Origin: Guillardia theta CCMP2712 | Taxonomy: Eukaryota > Protista > Cryptophyta | Direction: 5' to 3' | Assembly: GCF_000315625.1 (NCBI RefSeq) | Contig: NW_005434446.1 | Location: forward strand, 1 to 59,262 | DNA length: 59,262 bases | Shown: positions 10,754 through 23,004 of the stretch, in pieces | Layout: each line of letters starts with the position of its first letter | How positions within the stretch are numbered: position 1 is the first letter of the stretch | Program-made: the position numbers and the translations under genes | The notes under the pieces: model-generated | Seen by the model: only the letters and a program-made list of their open reading frames with translations | Told to the model about the DNA's origin: nothing | Database searches by the model: none

Positions 10754-12236
10754 GGATGCTCGCCTGTCATGCTCTCTGCGCTTCTGTCGGGGACAGTGCT
10801 ACTCTGTTCCCATGCCGTCAGTCGCCAAAGTTGTATGCCCCGTGTGTGATTGACGGTGATCCGAGCTCCAGTCTCCGACAAGGAGATTCAACCGATCCTG
10901 CTGCGGTGGCTTCCAGGCTTTATCTTCCGTCTTTTCTCCGATTCAGGGAGGGTGTCTCGGACCCTTGCCACCGAGTCCGTGTCGCTCGAGAATTGTCAGT
11001 CTTCCGTCTTCTATCCGATTCAGGGAGGGTGTCTCGGGTGATGTCACCGAGGAGACTCTCATGGAGAACGTGAAGGAATCGGATGAATCGGAAGGAGGAT
11101 AAAGACAGACACGTCTTCCTCAAGCCTGTGGCTAGCTGCAACCAAGACATCTGTTCTAGGTTAGTATCTTAGAAACTCGCTCATCCTGATCTATGGAACC
11201 CATGACGGTAGTGAACGATGAAATTGAATGGCCAAAAATGAAAATTGAGAAAGAAATGACGGATGAGTCGAGATCGATAAGTCATGTGGTTGAAATGAAA
11301 GCGCTGACGTCAAAAATGATTGTGCCTTGGCAAAACAATGATCCCCGGGGTAGATAGGATAGAAAGGGCCCATAGATTAGAAACGAGAAAATTGTGTTCA
11401 AAACAATCAGAGATCAATCAAGGAATTGCAAGAATTCTGAACCTGATCTCTGGAGCTTGATTGGAATTCTAAATTCTTGGCATCATCAATGGGTGGAGAC
11501 GTCTTCATTCAATTGCTCAATGTGCACGCTTCAGAGAGGTCACATGATGACCAATCCCATCATGAGGATCAGGTTGAAGAGGAGGAGGAGCTGTCTGACT
11601 TGAAAGATGCAGATGTGTTCAGGACTTAGTCTTGAGCTGACACTGCAGGCAGCTAGGAAGAGTTTATGATGGAAGATGAGGAGGAGCACAGGTGCATGCG
11701 GACAGCGCAGGCGGATGAGGAGCGTCTCTAGTGGCATGCGGATGGTACAAGCTGAGTGCACGAGCATCAGGATGCGCTAGAGGAGGACGGCGCAGGTGCT
11801 GCAGGAGTGCTGCTGAAGCGCAAGCGCTGGAGGAGCAGCGCAGGCCCTACGATGGTGGGGAGAAGCCGCAGCGCAGGTGGAGGAGCAGCACAGGTGCACT
11901 GTTGGCGGGGTGCGACTGCACTGCATCCGCAGCGCAAGCGGAGGAGGAGCGCAGGTGTCACAGGAGGAGAAACGCAGGTGCACCAGGGTGCACACTTGAA
12001 GCGAAGGAGGAGCGCAGGAGGCATGCAAGATGGGGGATGAGCCTGTGCAGAACGGTTGATGGAGTGGTAGCAGCAAGATGACCTTGGAGAGGAGAGCAGC
12101 ATGGAAGTCAGCTTGTAAAGCTTGAGCGAGCGTTGGAAAGGAGGACATCGCAAGGGACAGCTGCTTAGCTGTTAAGCAGATGATTTTGACAAGCTGAGAA
12201 GGTTGCAGACTTCTGACTTGCTTCCCAAAGGGAGGG

Positions 12237-12726
12237 TGTAAGAACTCAGGTTCTGACAAACCTCTCAGAAGTTCTTTCAGACGCGATAAGTTCAAGGGAT
12301 GCGTCTAATCAGGTTGTGAACCAAGTGAAGCCTGCAGGTCCAAGCTAGTGGGCTGGAGCTTAGTCTGTGACTTAGAAGATCCGGTTGGTTGGAGCCTGGG
12401 GAAGCTGAGGCGGCGCCGGAGGAATCAAGAGGCGCCGGCTGTCGAAGAGGCAGCACTCGTACAGTGGTGGAAGTAAGGCGGTGGTGTGTGAAGGGAAGCT
12501 GTTTGGTTGGTCTTGCTGCTACGAGTGTTGGGAATAAAGTGCTGGGGATTGTTGGGAAGTTGATCTGAGTTATCTGAGGTGTTTGGTTGGCTGTGAAAGT
12601 CATTGGTGTCTTCGTGCGCACATCATCTGTGAGTCTTGGTCTTTGGACTTATCAGTCAGCTGTTGAGCTGTTCTACTAGTCATTCATCTGTGCACAGACT
12701 CTAGGAGTCAGGAATTGATTCCAATA
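12237..12726 (+). repeat. Copia 3' LTR
   Basis: Direct repeat of 7089-7578 (offset 5148), preceded by the PPT. Confidence 0.92.
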
Positions 12727-13350
12727 AAGGGACCTTGTGATACCCCTTGGTACATCGACAATCCCTCTCCATTGTGCTCCTTGGACTTGATGCCGAGTGA
12801 TCGCAACAATCGTGACACCTCCACATGCCTGTTGCATTCCCATATGTATTCATGGGGCAATCCGTGCATGCCGTATTCCCATGCCCCATCGAGTACTCCC
12901 CCATCTGACAATCATGGCAAAGCGATGACCCTGTAGCATTCACAAAGCTGCCCGCGGGGCAGTCGCGACATGCATAGGACCCGGCAGCACCTGCATAGCT
13001 GCCCGCGGGGCAGGGGACACACCGGGGCATCCCCATGGCATCCCCGTAGCTGCCCAGGGGGCAAGGGCTGCAGGCGGTGGAGCCATCCCCCGATGAGTAC
13101 TCCCCAATCCCACACTCATAACACCCAGACAGCCCCGTATCATTCCCAAAGCTGCCCTCGGGGCAGGGGACACACCGGGGCATCCCCATGGCATCCCCGT
13201 AGCTGCCCAGGGGGCAAGGGCTGCAGGCGGTGGAGCCATCCCCCGATGAGTACTCCCCAATCCCACACTCATAACACCCAGACAGCCCCGTATCATTCCC
13301 AAAGCTGCCCGCGGGGCATTTGTATCCCGGGACGTCAATGCAGCCATGAA
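12727..13350 (-). pseudogene. Cys-rich repeat protein fragment (GCC2/GCC3, ephrin-receptor-like), cut by the copia LTR
   Basis: CxPCPxGSY/F repeats with a ~150-bp internal tandem duplication. The frame runs into the LTR at KGYHKVPL and has an in-frame stop upstream. Confidence 0.75.
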
Positions 13351-13601
13351 TATTTTACTCTGTTTCAGGGCACTCCCTGGAAGGCCTGGATTTCTGCAAA
13401 GACCATCGTATCATCACCCTCAGTAGTCGTTGACTATTGGGGGTCATCAAGAGAAACATTCATTTGTTCGCTCTTGGTGGGTATGCTCCCGATGGGGGTA
13501 CATACCATAGCCTGTAGACTTCAAACTTTTTGAGATCTCGAAATCTTTTTTAGTTTGTCGTTTATAGGTTATTCCTGCTTGTTGCTTTAATATTGTGTGG
13601 C

Positions 13602-14698
13602 ATGTTTGTAGAAGGGGACAATCTCAACCCAAATCCAAGGAAACATGGGGGGCGGGGCATTGTTTTTTATTCCATGCTCTACTGCACGATGCTATCGTTA
13701 GTGATCAGCATAAGGTTCATCTATGACATGGACTATCGGTTCCAATCGGCGATCGATCCCAGGCCCCTGTCCATGGGGCCGGGCATGTGCGGCCCACTCC
13801 CGGGGGGCAACTGTGGGGAACCGGATGTTTCACAGAACATTTCGCTGCGCCTGATCGTGTTGACGATGGACCGGGTTGGATCGCTGAGGAGGTTATTGAA
13901 GTCATTGCAGGGTGCGGAGTACAATGGGGACAGGGTGGACCTGGACATATGGGTGGACCGAAAGCCGGATGGAGACATGGACCAGGATGTATGGGCGGAG
14001 GCCGATGGGTGCGAGTGGGGACATGGGGGCAAGGCGGTGCATGTCCAGGGCACCAATGTTGGGCTGTACAGCCAATGGGTCCACAGCTGGAACCGATCCG
14101 TGGTGGGGGGCCTCCATCCGTGGTGGGGGACGACATGGAGGTCTCGGGCTTCTTTTGGATGTGGTTGAAGGCCGCCCATGCTGCTGTAGAGGGCAGGGGT
14201 GATGTTGCGGGGATAGCCCTGAACAGGGCCCACCTCTGTGCACGCTTCTGTGATGACCTCGATGGGGGCCCCGTGCTGGACGGCGAGAACTTCCTGTACC
14301 CAATCATAGGGACATGGGGGTACAGCCCCAGGGTAAAGAGCTGGATCGGTTTCACCGAGTTTGCCGAGGGGATGAGGGCCCGCGGCGAACATCCATACGT
14401 GGATGGGATCGTGCCCGGGCAGTGGTATCGCGATTTCCAGAGGGATGGGAGATGCCCGGGGAAGCGGTGCTTCTGGGAGATCTATCACCTGAGATATACC
14501 TCCGAGCACACCGATCGGAAGACATTGTATGTGAAGTGCCCCGATGGGAAGACGATGGGGTTGAATCATCAGGAGAGGGGCCTGCATTTCGATGGGTCTC
14601 AGAAGATCCCGATGGATTTATTGGATCGATGGGATGATAAGCTAATCGACTTTCGAGAGCTATGGGAGGTCGGCCTGGATGGGAGATTGATCAGTTAG
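13602..14698 (+). pseudogene. GT-A fold glycosyltransferase, type II membrane, frameshifted at ~14110-14130
   Basis: TM segment, then LIVLTMDRVGSLRRLLKSL...DLDIWVD...NVGL in one frame and GDDMEVSGFFWMWL in another. A short duplication (atccgtggtggggg) lies at the break. Confidence 0.75.
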
Positions 14699-14909
14699 TG
14701 GCTAACAACTAAGTGACACAAAGTTCGAGGAGATCTCAAGCCTTGTGTCTCAAGCAAGCCTTTCAAGACAGTCATGGTCTGGGGTCTTTTGTTCACCTTG
14801 TATTACCGCTTGAGGTATGCACCATGTTGTGATTTCGATGCATTTCTTCAGACCTGAGTTTTTGGGTCACTGCGGCCCATCACGCGTCACTTAGCCAGTA
14901 GCTGGCTCC

Positions 14910-16048
14910 TCAACACATCGATCTCCCCCTCCGGCCCGAGATCTTATTGCAGATCCTATCCCTCAGGCTGGAGAGATATGTGGAGTTCATGGAAGAGAGG
15001 GATCCATCATATTGTACATCCTCTGCAAGTGGGAAATTCCCCCACACCCCATCCTTTGGCATGGATGCAACATGCACGAGCCATCTCGACATTGCAGCGG
15101 GGACCACCGGCATCGAGCTCCCCGTCGAGATGAGGATGTCCGCGGAGAGCATGGTGCGGATAGAATCCAGGGGATCTTTCTGTGCGATCATGGAGCAGCT
15201 GCCCTGCCGTGTCCCGTTGCACAGCCGAGAGAGGCACGCGATGGGCGGCTTGGGGTCCTGGAACATGTACATTATCCTTGTGCATGCGGGCGATAGTATC
15301 TGGCGAGGGGTGGGTTGCCCTGGCATCCGACAGAGATATCACCCGTGCGGATGTGGGTTACCATAGATATGCACTGTGGGCCCATGGAGGGTATCATCCA
15401 ATCCCTGTGTTCTCGGCCCTCCCGTGAGAGATCGAACCTGGGCTGCAAGAAACGGGGCAGCATAGAGTAACCCCTCAATGTGGGCAGCATGAAGCACGAG
15501 GACGCGCCGATGCAGCAATCATCGCATGATTCATAGAGGACGTTGCATGTCTTGTTGTGTTTGAACAGGGATGCATCCTTGTTCCATCCCGGGATGAAGG
15601 TTCTATGCAGGCCTGGGGTATCTTTGATGAGCCCGCTGGCATCGATCATGCTGCCCCTTATGTTTGCAAAGGATGGGAAGGATGAGTATTGCCCATGCAG
15701 CCCCGAGATGTTGAACTTGGACATCTCGAACACGGGGGTTGCATCTAGCATCTGTGCGAATTCTAGGGTGAGCGCAAGGTCACCGACCCTGTGTCCAAGT
15801 CCTGCGGCTTGATTATGATGGATCTGTGCATATCTAGGGCATGTCTTGTTGATTTCTTTCGATGCATGCGAATCCCTTGATCCTTGTGGGTGTGATATCG
15901 GCGGTGTGCCTTGTTTTCTTATGATGATCTTGTGGCCTGTGTTGTTGTTCGATTTATCTTTGGATAATGAAAGAGCATAATTCGACGCAACAGTGTACAA
16001 CAAAACTGGATAAAGAAACAAGATCAAGAACATGGATCCCTTCTTCAT
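14910..16048 (-). pseudogene. Fucosyltransferase-like glycosyltransferase (GT11/GT23-like), frameshifted at ~15310
   Basis: N-terminal anchor MFLILFLYPVLLYTVA; AGLGHR; THIRTGDI; ADILISTGSSM in the second frame. Confidence 0.65.
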
Positions 16049-16129
16049 ACCCTTGATACCCCGATCTCTCTCTCTCTGACCTATAAACGACAAACTAAAA
16101 AAGATCCCTTCCTGTTTGGTTATTCTTTC

Positions 16130-19100
16130 TGGTTGGTTATTCTCTTTTACCTCGTCATCCCTGTAGTATCCTCGATCGCACAGGCAATCATGCCGAGCTC
16201 GATGTCCTGGGGGCTTCCATGGGCATGAACGAGCCGGCGGGGCATTCCATGCATGTGAACATTTCATCCGATCGGTCCTTGTAATAACCCTGATCGCACC
16301 TGCAATCGCCGCGTGCGGTCTTGGGTGCCTCGATCGGCATCGATGAATGTGCAGGGCATGGGATGCAAGAGCAGTTCTCCTCGGCCTGATAAGTGTCGCC
16401 TGGGCATTGCAGGCTGCTGATGGGGCATCTCTCGCAGTAACACGGGCCTGGAGATCCGGGCATGGAGTATGGTCTCGATGCGGGGCAATGCAGGCACTCC
16501 CCTATCCAGCGCACAATGACCACCCCGCTAGAGCCAGCCCCCCCAGGCTGTGGGAGTCCGGTCAGCACATCGCCCCCCCCGCCGCCGCTCCCCGTGTTTG
16601 CCACGGCATTCCTATAGTACAACATCTCCCCACCCCCACCGCCCACATCGACAAGCACGCCGTCCACGAGATAACCGCCGCCCGGGCCATCCGAATCCCC
16701 CCCATAATAATCATCGCCCGTGCCGCCCCCACCCCCACCGTACACCTCATCGACCCCCGTCAGGTTCACCAGTATGGCAGGCCCGCCCGCGCCGCCGCCC
16801 TGGTTCTCGTAATCGGCGCTGCCACCCACACCGCCACAGCCACCCCCACCGCCGCCCGATGCAGTACAGGTGGGCCCCGACAGGTCGGCTGGGGGTGGGA
16901 CCCTCTTGTAGCCATCCCCGCCGCCGTAACCATGCCCATCATAGCCCGTGTTGTCGGCCGATCCACCGCCATAGGCGGCCTCGGTGTCCCACGAGTAGCT
17001 GATCGTATTCTCCATGGCGCCCGCACCGCCCCCACACCCACCGCTGCCCCCACGTATGTTCTGATGGGGTGCCTCCGTGTGGTACGATCCACCCCCACCG
17101 CCCCCCCGCACCCTCCTCACACAGGTGGTGTTCGGGTATTCACGGATATAGGTATCCCCACCGCTCATGCCCCGCTCCTCCCCGGTTGCACCCGCACCCC
17201 CCGCGCCCACGATGACCTCGTACTCCACATTCCCCCGGAACGCGATCCTGGTGGATAGGCATGATCCGGCACCCCCGCCGCCCCCGTACCTGTACCCACC
17301 CCCACCGCCGCCGCCGACCATGAACACATCCGCGTCGACGTCCTCAAGGAATGTGATGCTCCCGGACGAGGTGAACTTGTGATAGACATAGGATGTCCCA
17401 GGGATCAATCTGGCGGCCATGGGTGCACCCGACATCTTGATGTTGACATTGCCCTTGTTGAACATGTTCTCTGGGCATTCACCCATGCTATCGCAGCCCC
17501 CTGCGTTCACCGCCGCCTTCCTGTTGGGCGACATGGTCCCAGCCGGGCATTGGACACACCTTGATGATGCCCTGTCATAGAAGGTGTTCAATGGGCAGGC
17601 ACCCCTGCAATCGCACGCCGTGTTATTCCCGGGGGGTGTCGCATGCCCTGCCGGGCAGGGCACGCACGATGTGCCATTGCTATATGTATCCCCTGGGCAC
17701 AGGCTAGAGTAACATTCGAAGGAGTCATCCTTGCCATACCTGTGGTATTTATCGTTGCAGAAGCAATCTGCCCTTGCCGTCCTGTTTGTCATGTTGCGCG
17801 TGCCTGAATTCATGGGGCATGGCTTGCACTGCAGGCTGTTCTCCTCGTCCTGGTATGTATCCTTCGGGCAGGCCGTGCACTGCCGGTCGATCATTGAGTT
17901 TCCATCCGCACATGGGGTTGATTCATACGAGCCCCTGGGGCATACAGCGCATGGCGCGCACTCCCGGTTGCTCGATGCAGAGTCCTCCCTGCATTCCTTG
18001 GTCATGTAATGGCCACCGGCACAGTCACGGCAGTTGGAACAGAACCTATCGGTCCTTGCGTTCCCATTCGCGCACGGCGTGGTCTCATAGGTGTCCCCCG
18101 TGCAATCCCCCCTGCATGGTGCACACCGGCGGTCCATCGAGCTCGGGACCTGCACACAATCGCTGACCATGAACTCCCCATCATTGCAATCTGTGCAGCC
18201 CGAGCATTGGAAGGATCCATCGGGGTATGTGCCTGTGTATTCCTTGTAATGACCCGGGTTGCATACGCAATAGGCCGTGGCGGGTGCATTCATCGGGCAC
18301 AGGTAGCAGAACTCCCCCGTGTCAACCACATCCTTGAACCGGATGATGATGATCCCCGACCCCCCCATGCCACCCCTGGCCTCCGACCATGCACCCCCCC
18401 CCCGCCGCCGCCCGTTGAGTTCCCGCCATCCCCGCCCCATCTGCAGCCGCTATAGGCCCAACCATTGTACATCCCACCGACGCCCCCGCTGGAATTTGCA
18501 AACGTCCTGTCGTTGCAAGGGTGCGGCATGCCCGGCTCGAGGCAGCCGCTCCTCCCACCCCCTCCACCCCCACCCATCCCTCCCCTCCCCCCCGTGCGAC
18601 CTGCGAATTGACCCCCACCCCACCCCCACCCCAGTAGTAGCCCCTCCCATCGATGTTGATCTGGATCCCATCCCCGCCGTGCGGGGGGCTGTCCTTATCC
18701 CCCGACCCATCGGCCCCCGGTGATCCCGCACCCCACCCCACCGGCGGACACTGCGGAGTAGTCATCATCGGCAATCCCCCTTAGGCCGCCCCTCCCCCAT
18801 GGTGACCATACCTTGCAAACGACAGGTCGCTCTGCGATGGCGTTGTGATCACCCCACCCCCATCGATCATGGCATTGATAAGGTCAGGGAAATAGGAGCT
18901 GGCCTGCGAGCCGCCCCCGGACCCGCCATCCCTCCCGCCTGCATAGGAATACCTCTCAAGAAAACCACCGCTCCCCCACCCCTCCATGGGCCATCTCCCC
19001 GAGGATGATGGAGTATTCGCCATCGGACCCCATGCCGTGCCCGGTCCCTCCGGCACCCCCCTCCCAACCAATGCACTATAGGCCCCCGTCCGACGGCTGC

Positions 19101-19955
19101 ACCCTGGGCATGGCTCACACCCCCACCCCCGCCGCCGCCACCCACATCGGCACCACCCCCACCCCCACCGCCCACGACCAGCACGTCGATGATCGCGTCC
19201 CGGTCAAAGATGACCTGATAGGCGGTGTGCGCCGCATGCGATTCATCCCGGTAGTCAAGGTAATAACCGGAGCATGCACTTGGGGTGTACACGGGCGTAC
19301 ACCCGCGGTCCACGTTGGCATCATTCCGGCACACGGCCGTCTCATACTCGGCCGCGTTGCATGGGCCCTTGCAGGGCAGGCACTTCCTCCCCTGCCTCAC
19401 GCTGCCATCCCCGCATCCCCATGCCATATAGGTCCCCACCCTGCATGTATCGCACGGGGCGCACACCCTGTCCTGGTCCACATGGCGCTCCCTGCAATCG
19501 ACCTGCATGTATTCGCCCGCCCCACAATCCTGGCAATCCGAGCATACCGTGTCCCACCCCCCCGTGCAGTTGAAGGATACATAGGTGGTATCCCCCGTGC
19601 AGACGGAGCAACTCTCACATGTCCCCGCACCGTTGGAACCGCCACAGCCCGATAGGAACTGGCCATCGTCACACCGCTCCGGGCTGCATGCGTGGCATGA
19701 GCCGTGGGCATCCACATAGGCCTGATCATCGTAATAACCAGGGTCACAGTCGCATTTCCAGACCCTGGTGCAGTCTGGATAACCGGGGGGTGCAAAATTA
19801 ACACAACCCGGTGCAATGTCATAGCTGTATCCATCATTATAGGCCGAATGATCGGGGCATGTGCAGCACATGCCCGTGACATAGGCATCCGATGGATTGG
19901 ATTGGCACAGGAGGCATGCGAGGAGCGCAGGTGCCAAGGGGATGATTCTTTTCAT
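16130..19955 (-). pseudogene. Large secreted Cys-rich (TNFR/GCC-like) protein with two glycine-rich domains, multiply frameshifted
   Basis: Signal peptide MKRIIPLAPALLACLLC; DRxCxPC repeats; DVLVVGGGGGGG...GGSGIIIIRF and DVFMVGGGGGGG...GSSGVVIVRW. ORFs 18867..19955 and 16188..18440 are linked by frameshifts. Confidence 0.75.
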
Positions 19956-20025
19956 TCTTTCCTTTCAAAAAAAATGTGTTTATATAAATCAATGTGGATT
20001 CTTTTTTTGAATCCACGCCCATGCA

Positions 20026-21375
20026 TCACTCCGAGAAATCTAGGACGAACTGCAGCCCCACGTGCTGGCAGAATGCGTACAACACCCTCATGTCATTGTT
20101 TTCCTGCCTCTGCGCAGCGTGCAACAGGCTCCCGATCTTGCTCCTTGTCATGTACTTGGGATCCTTTAGGCTTGAGCCCCATTTGGTTACCTTCAACCAA
20201 TCATCGATGTCCTCCTTGTGATCTTCCTTCCCCCTGAGGTTAGCCCTCCCCCTGAATGCATGGGATGCCGTTCTCTTGCCCGGTGCATGGTATGAATCCG
20301 TCGTGCTGCTATAGGTTGGATTTTTTTGGATTGCATAGATGCCATAGGGTCTATCCAGCATGATCCTAAAACGGTGCAATAGGATGGGCGCATTCTTCCT
20401 TGTATCGTTGTTGGCAACGTCGAGGTCCTTGTAGATCTGGCGCCATCTCCTGTGATCGTGGCATTTGAAGAGATGGGTTGAATTCTTGAACCAGACCTGC
20501 TGCATGTAGATGGGGAGAACAAAGTATTTGGTCCGGGGCACGTGGGACAGGTCGATGGGGCGCACAAAATAGGTGGGTGGGATCAAGAAGAATGGGTTGA
20601 AATCCACCCTGGTCATGCCCGATGGTTTCTTTTCTTTGTGCCAGAACCATTCCCAAAAATTGGCCGGCCGACTGAAATGCAGCTGGATGGTATCGGGGAG
20701 CGTGAGGTTGTCCGATTTGTTCCATCGGAGTCTGTCCCTTGCCTGCTCCTGCTTCAACCATTTCTTCACAAAGAGTTGGAACTCATCCCATACGAAGATG
20801 TATTCATCATGTTCACCCACGAATCGCTTTCCAAGATTCATGATCGATTCATCCATGTGCAGTGGAAAAATAGACTGGATGGTATAGATCTGTGATGGAA
20901 AGATACCCCTAAGGGGGTGGTTGGTTTGAAATCTGTCTTCCCAGTGCCAAAAAATCAGGACCATCCGATTTGTGTAATCTGGGTGCGCGCCACTGGATGT
21001 ATAGGTCGATCTAGATCCATGTGAGGACACGGATGGGGCTACATAGGAGGGGTGATATCTCATGTTTTGGATCATATCAAAATCGTCATCGTCGTCGTCG
21101 TGTTCACGCACACTGCTCGGTTGAGATTTCGAGATGGATTGGGATCTAAAACTATGCGCCGAACCATGTGAGGATCTGTAGCTCGGTTGTTTGCTGCTCA
21201 TCGATCTCATGTCATCCTCGAAGAAGGGGGGACCATAGGCAGAATCAAAAACATCCAAGTTATCATCACGTCGATGTCGAGGGGAGGGCAATGATTGGGT
21301 CTTTCTGGATTCTTCATAGGGGATTATTCTCAGTCCATTGTAGTTGGGCAATGATCTGGCATATGAAACTGACAT
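20026..21375 (-). CDS. Hypothetical 449-aa protein (Ser-rich N-terminus, aromatic-rich core)
   Basis: Long intronless ORF, with the island upstream motif CGTTTAAAGGTTAAAA just before the ATG. Confidence 0.7.
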   Translation of the reverse strand: MSVSYARSLPNYNGLRIIPYEESRKTQSLPSPRHRRDDNLDVFDSAYGPPFFEDDMRSMSSKQPSYRSSHGSAHSFRSQSISKSQPSSVREHDDDDDDFDMIQNMRYHPSYVAPSVSSHGSRSTYTSSGAHPDYTNRMVLIFWHWEDRFQTNHPLRGIFPSQIYTIQSIFPLHMDESIMNLGKRFVGEHDEYIFVWDEFQLFVKKWLKQEQARDRLRWNKSDNLTLPDTIQLHFSRPANFWEWFWHKEKKPSGMTRVDFNPFFLIPPTYFVRPIDLSHVPRTKYFVLPIYMQQVWFKNSTHLFKCHDHRRWRQIYKDLDVANNDTRKNAPILLHRFRIMLDRPYGIYAIQKNPTYSSTTDSYHAPGKRTASHAFRGRANLRGKEDHKEDIDDWLKVTKWGSSLKDPKYMTRSKIGSLLHAAQRQENNDMRVLYAFCQHVGLQFVLDFSE

Positions 21376-21714
21376 TTTTTCGGATCCTGTTTTTAACCTT
21401 TAAACGGCAAAGGGATTCCCCAGGGCGTTGCCAAATTCAAAGCACATTATATATACCAAATCATATCAAACAATTTACCCCCTCGCGTTATATTTTTTTT
21501 TTGTTTTGAGAGGTATGTACCATGTTGTAATTCCGATACAATTTTTCAGATTTGAATTTTTGGGTCACTGTGGCCCATCATGTGTCACTTAGAGCCATTT
21601 TAGTTTGAATCAATGCAATGCATCAATACATGACAAGTCCCAAAATGCATTTGGCATGTACCATCAATTCAAGGCAAGTCCAATATGTCAAGATCCACCT
21701 CCTCAAACAAAAGG

Positions 21715-22503
21715 TCAAGATATTGGCAATAAGGTGTTTGGTTTCTTATCATCATCGTTATCACTGCCGAACGCATCACCGTCACTATCACTGTCTTGCA
21801 CAATGCCTGATCTTCTTGATTTCAAATTGTTTTTCAAATGATTTTGTAGACTATTATTCTTTTGTTTTACTAGATCAATTCCGAATAAGGATTTTGATTG
21901 TTTCATCAGTGTTTGATTTTTCTCTTGTTCTTTCAGTCGTTTGCTTTCTGCCAACATTTCTTCGATGTTAACATTTCTCGGGTTCCTCGTTTTTGAACTT
22001 AACTCTTGCATGAGTGATATTGTTGGTGTTTTCTCTCTCCGTTCTTCTGGCTGCATTGCTGTTTGTGAGGAAATAACTGGAGCAATAGCTGACTTTTGAG
22101 AACGTTTAGGTGAAGGGTGTGAAGGATGTGAAAGAGGTGGAGGAGGTGGAGGAGGTGAAGAAAATGCTTGAGGTGGAGGTGGAGGTGGAGGTAGAGGTAA
22201 AGGAATATCTGAACGTGAAGGTGGAGGTAGAGGTGTATGAATTCTTTGATATAAGCTGTTTGCATAACAATTATTGTAACGTTTGTTCATAAGATATGAT
22301 GTTCCGATCCCACTGGCCACACCTGAGATTAATCCAGTAACAATTGGCAATACGTATGTCGGATGTGTTTGCATTGGATATACAATGAGAGATGGAAACA
22401 TTTTTGGAAATGTATTTGGTAAACGTTTTGGAGCTGGGTTGAGAATTGGGGGAGGTGGGATTGTTGGATATTTTGCTTGCACAGGAAACCATCTTTCAAA
22501 CAT
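21715..22503 (-). CDS. Proline-rich, membrane-anchored protein with a WASP/WAVE-like WH2-C-A tail (putative)
   Basis: Hydrophobic YVLPIVTGLISGVASGIG; poly-Pro; SLMQELSSKTRNPRNV; LQNHLKNNLKSRRSGI; DSDSDGDAFGSDNDDD. Confidence 0.55.
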   Translation of the reverse strand: MFERWFPVQAKYPTIPPPPILNPAPKRLPNTFPKMFPSLIVYPMQTHPTYVLPIVTGLISGVASGIGTSYLMNKRYNNCYANSLYQRIHTPLPPPSRSDIPLPLPPPPPPPQAFSSPPPPPPPLSHPSHPSPKRSQKSAIAPVISSQTAMQPEERREKTPTISLMQELSSKTRNPRNVNIEEMLAESKRLKEQEKNQTLMKQSKSLFGIDLVKQKNNSLQNHLKNNLKSRRSGIVQDSDSDGDAFGSDNDDDKKPNTLLPIS

Positions 22504-22788
22504 GTTTTTAACCTATAAACGATAAACTAGAAATAAATATCAGAATCTAAAAAAAAGTCTATACCGCGATGGGTACATTACTTGATATAAATTCGGTATG
22601 AACATTGTGATTTGAATTTTGATATGCCCTGGGGAATCCCTTTGTTGTTTGAAGGGGATAAAGGTGTTTGCAATGACTGCGGTCGGTAGCAGAGGTAACC
22701 CTGTTCCACTATCCCAGGGGTATGGTACCAAAAATACTACCCCCGGGGTTCAATTTTTTTTGATCACGTTACCAACACCGCGTCGCCG

Positions 22789-23004
22789 ACACCGCGTAAC
22801 AACGTCGCATTACAGACACCGCGTACCAACGTCGCATTACAGACACCGCGTAACAACGTCGCATTACAGGCACCGCGTACCAACGTCGCATTACAGACAC
22901 CGCGTAACAACGTCGCATTACAGACACCGCGTAACAACGTCGTATTACAGACACCGCGTAACAACGTCGCATTACAGACACCGCATAACAACGTCGAATT
23001 ACAG
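22789..23004. repeat. 8 x 27-bp tandem repeat ACACCGCGTAACAACGTCGCATTACAG
   Basis: Directly visible. Confidence 0.95.

Larger units (their letters stand above)
7089..12726 (+). mobile_element. Ty1/copia LTR retrotransposon, internally deleted (gag remnant, protease stub, no integrase, intact RT-RNase H)
   Basis: Direct repeats 7089-7578 and 12237-12726; PPT aaagggaggg before the 3' LTR; copia RT and RNase H motifs. Confidence 0.93.
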
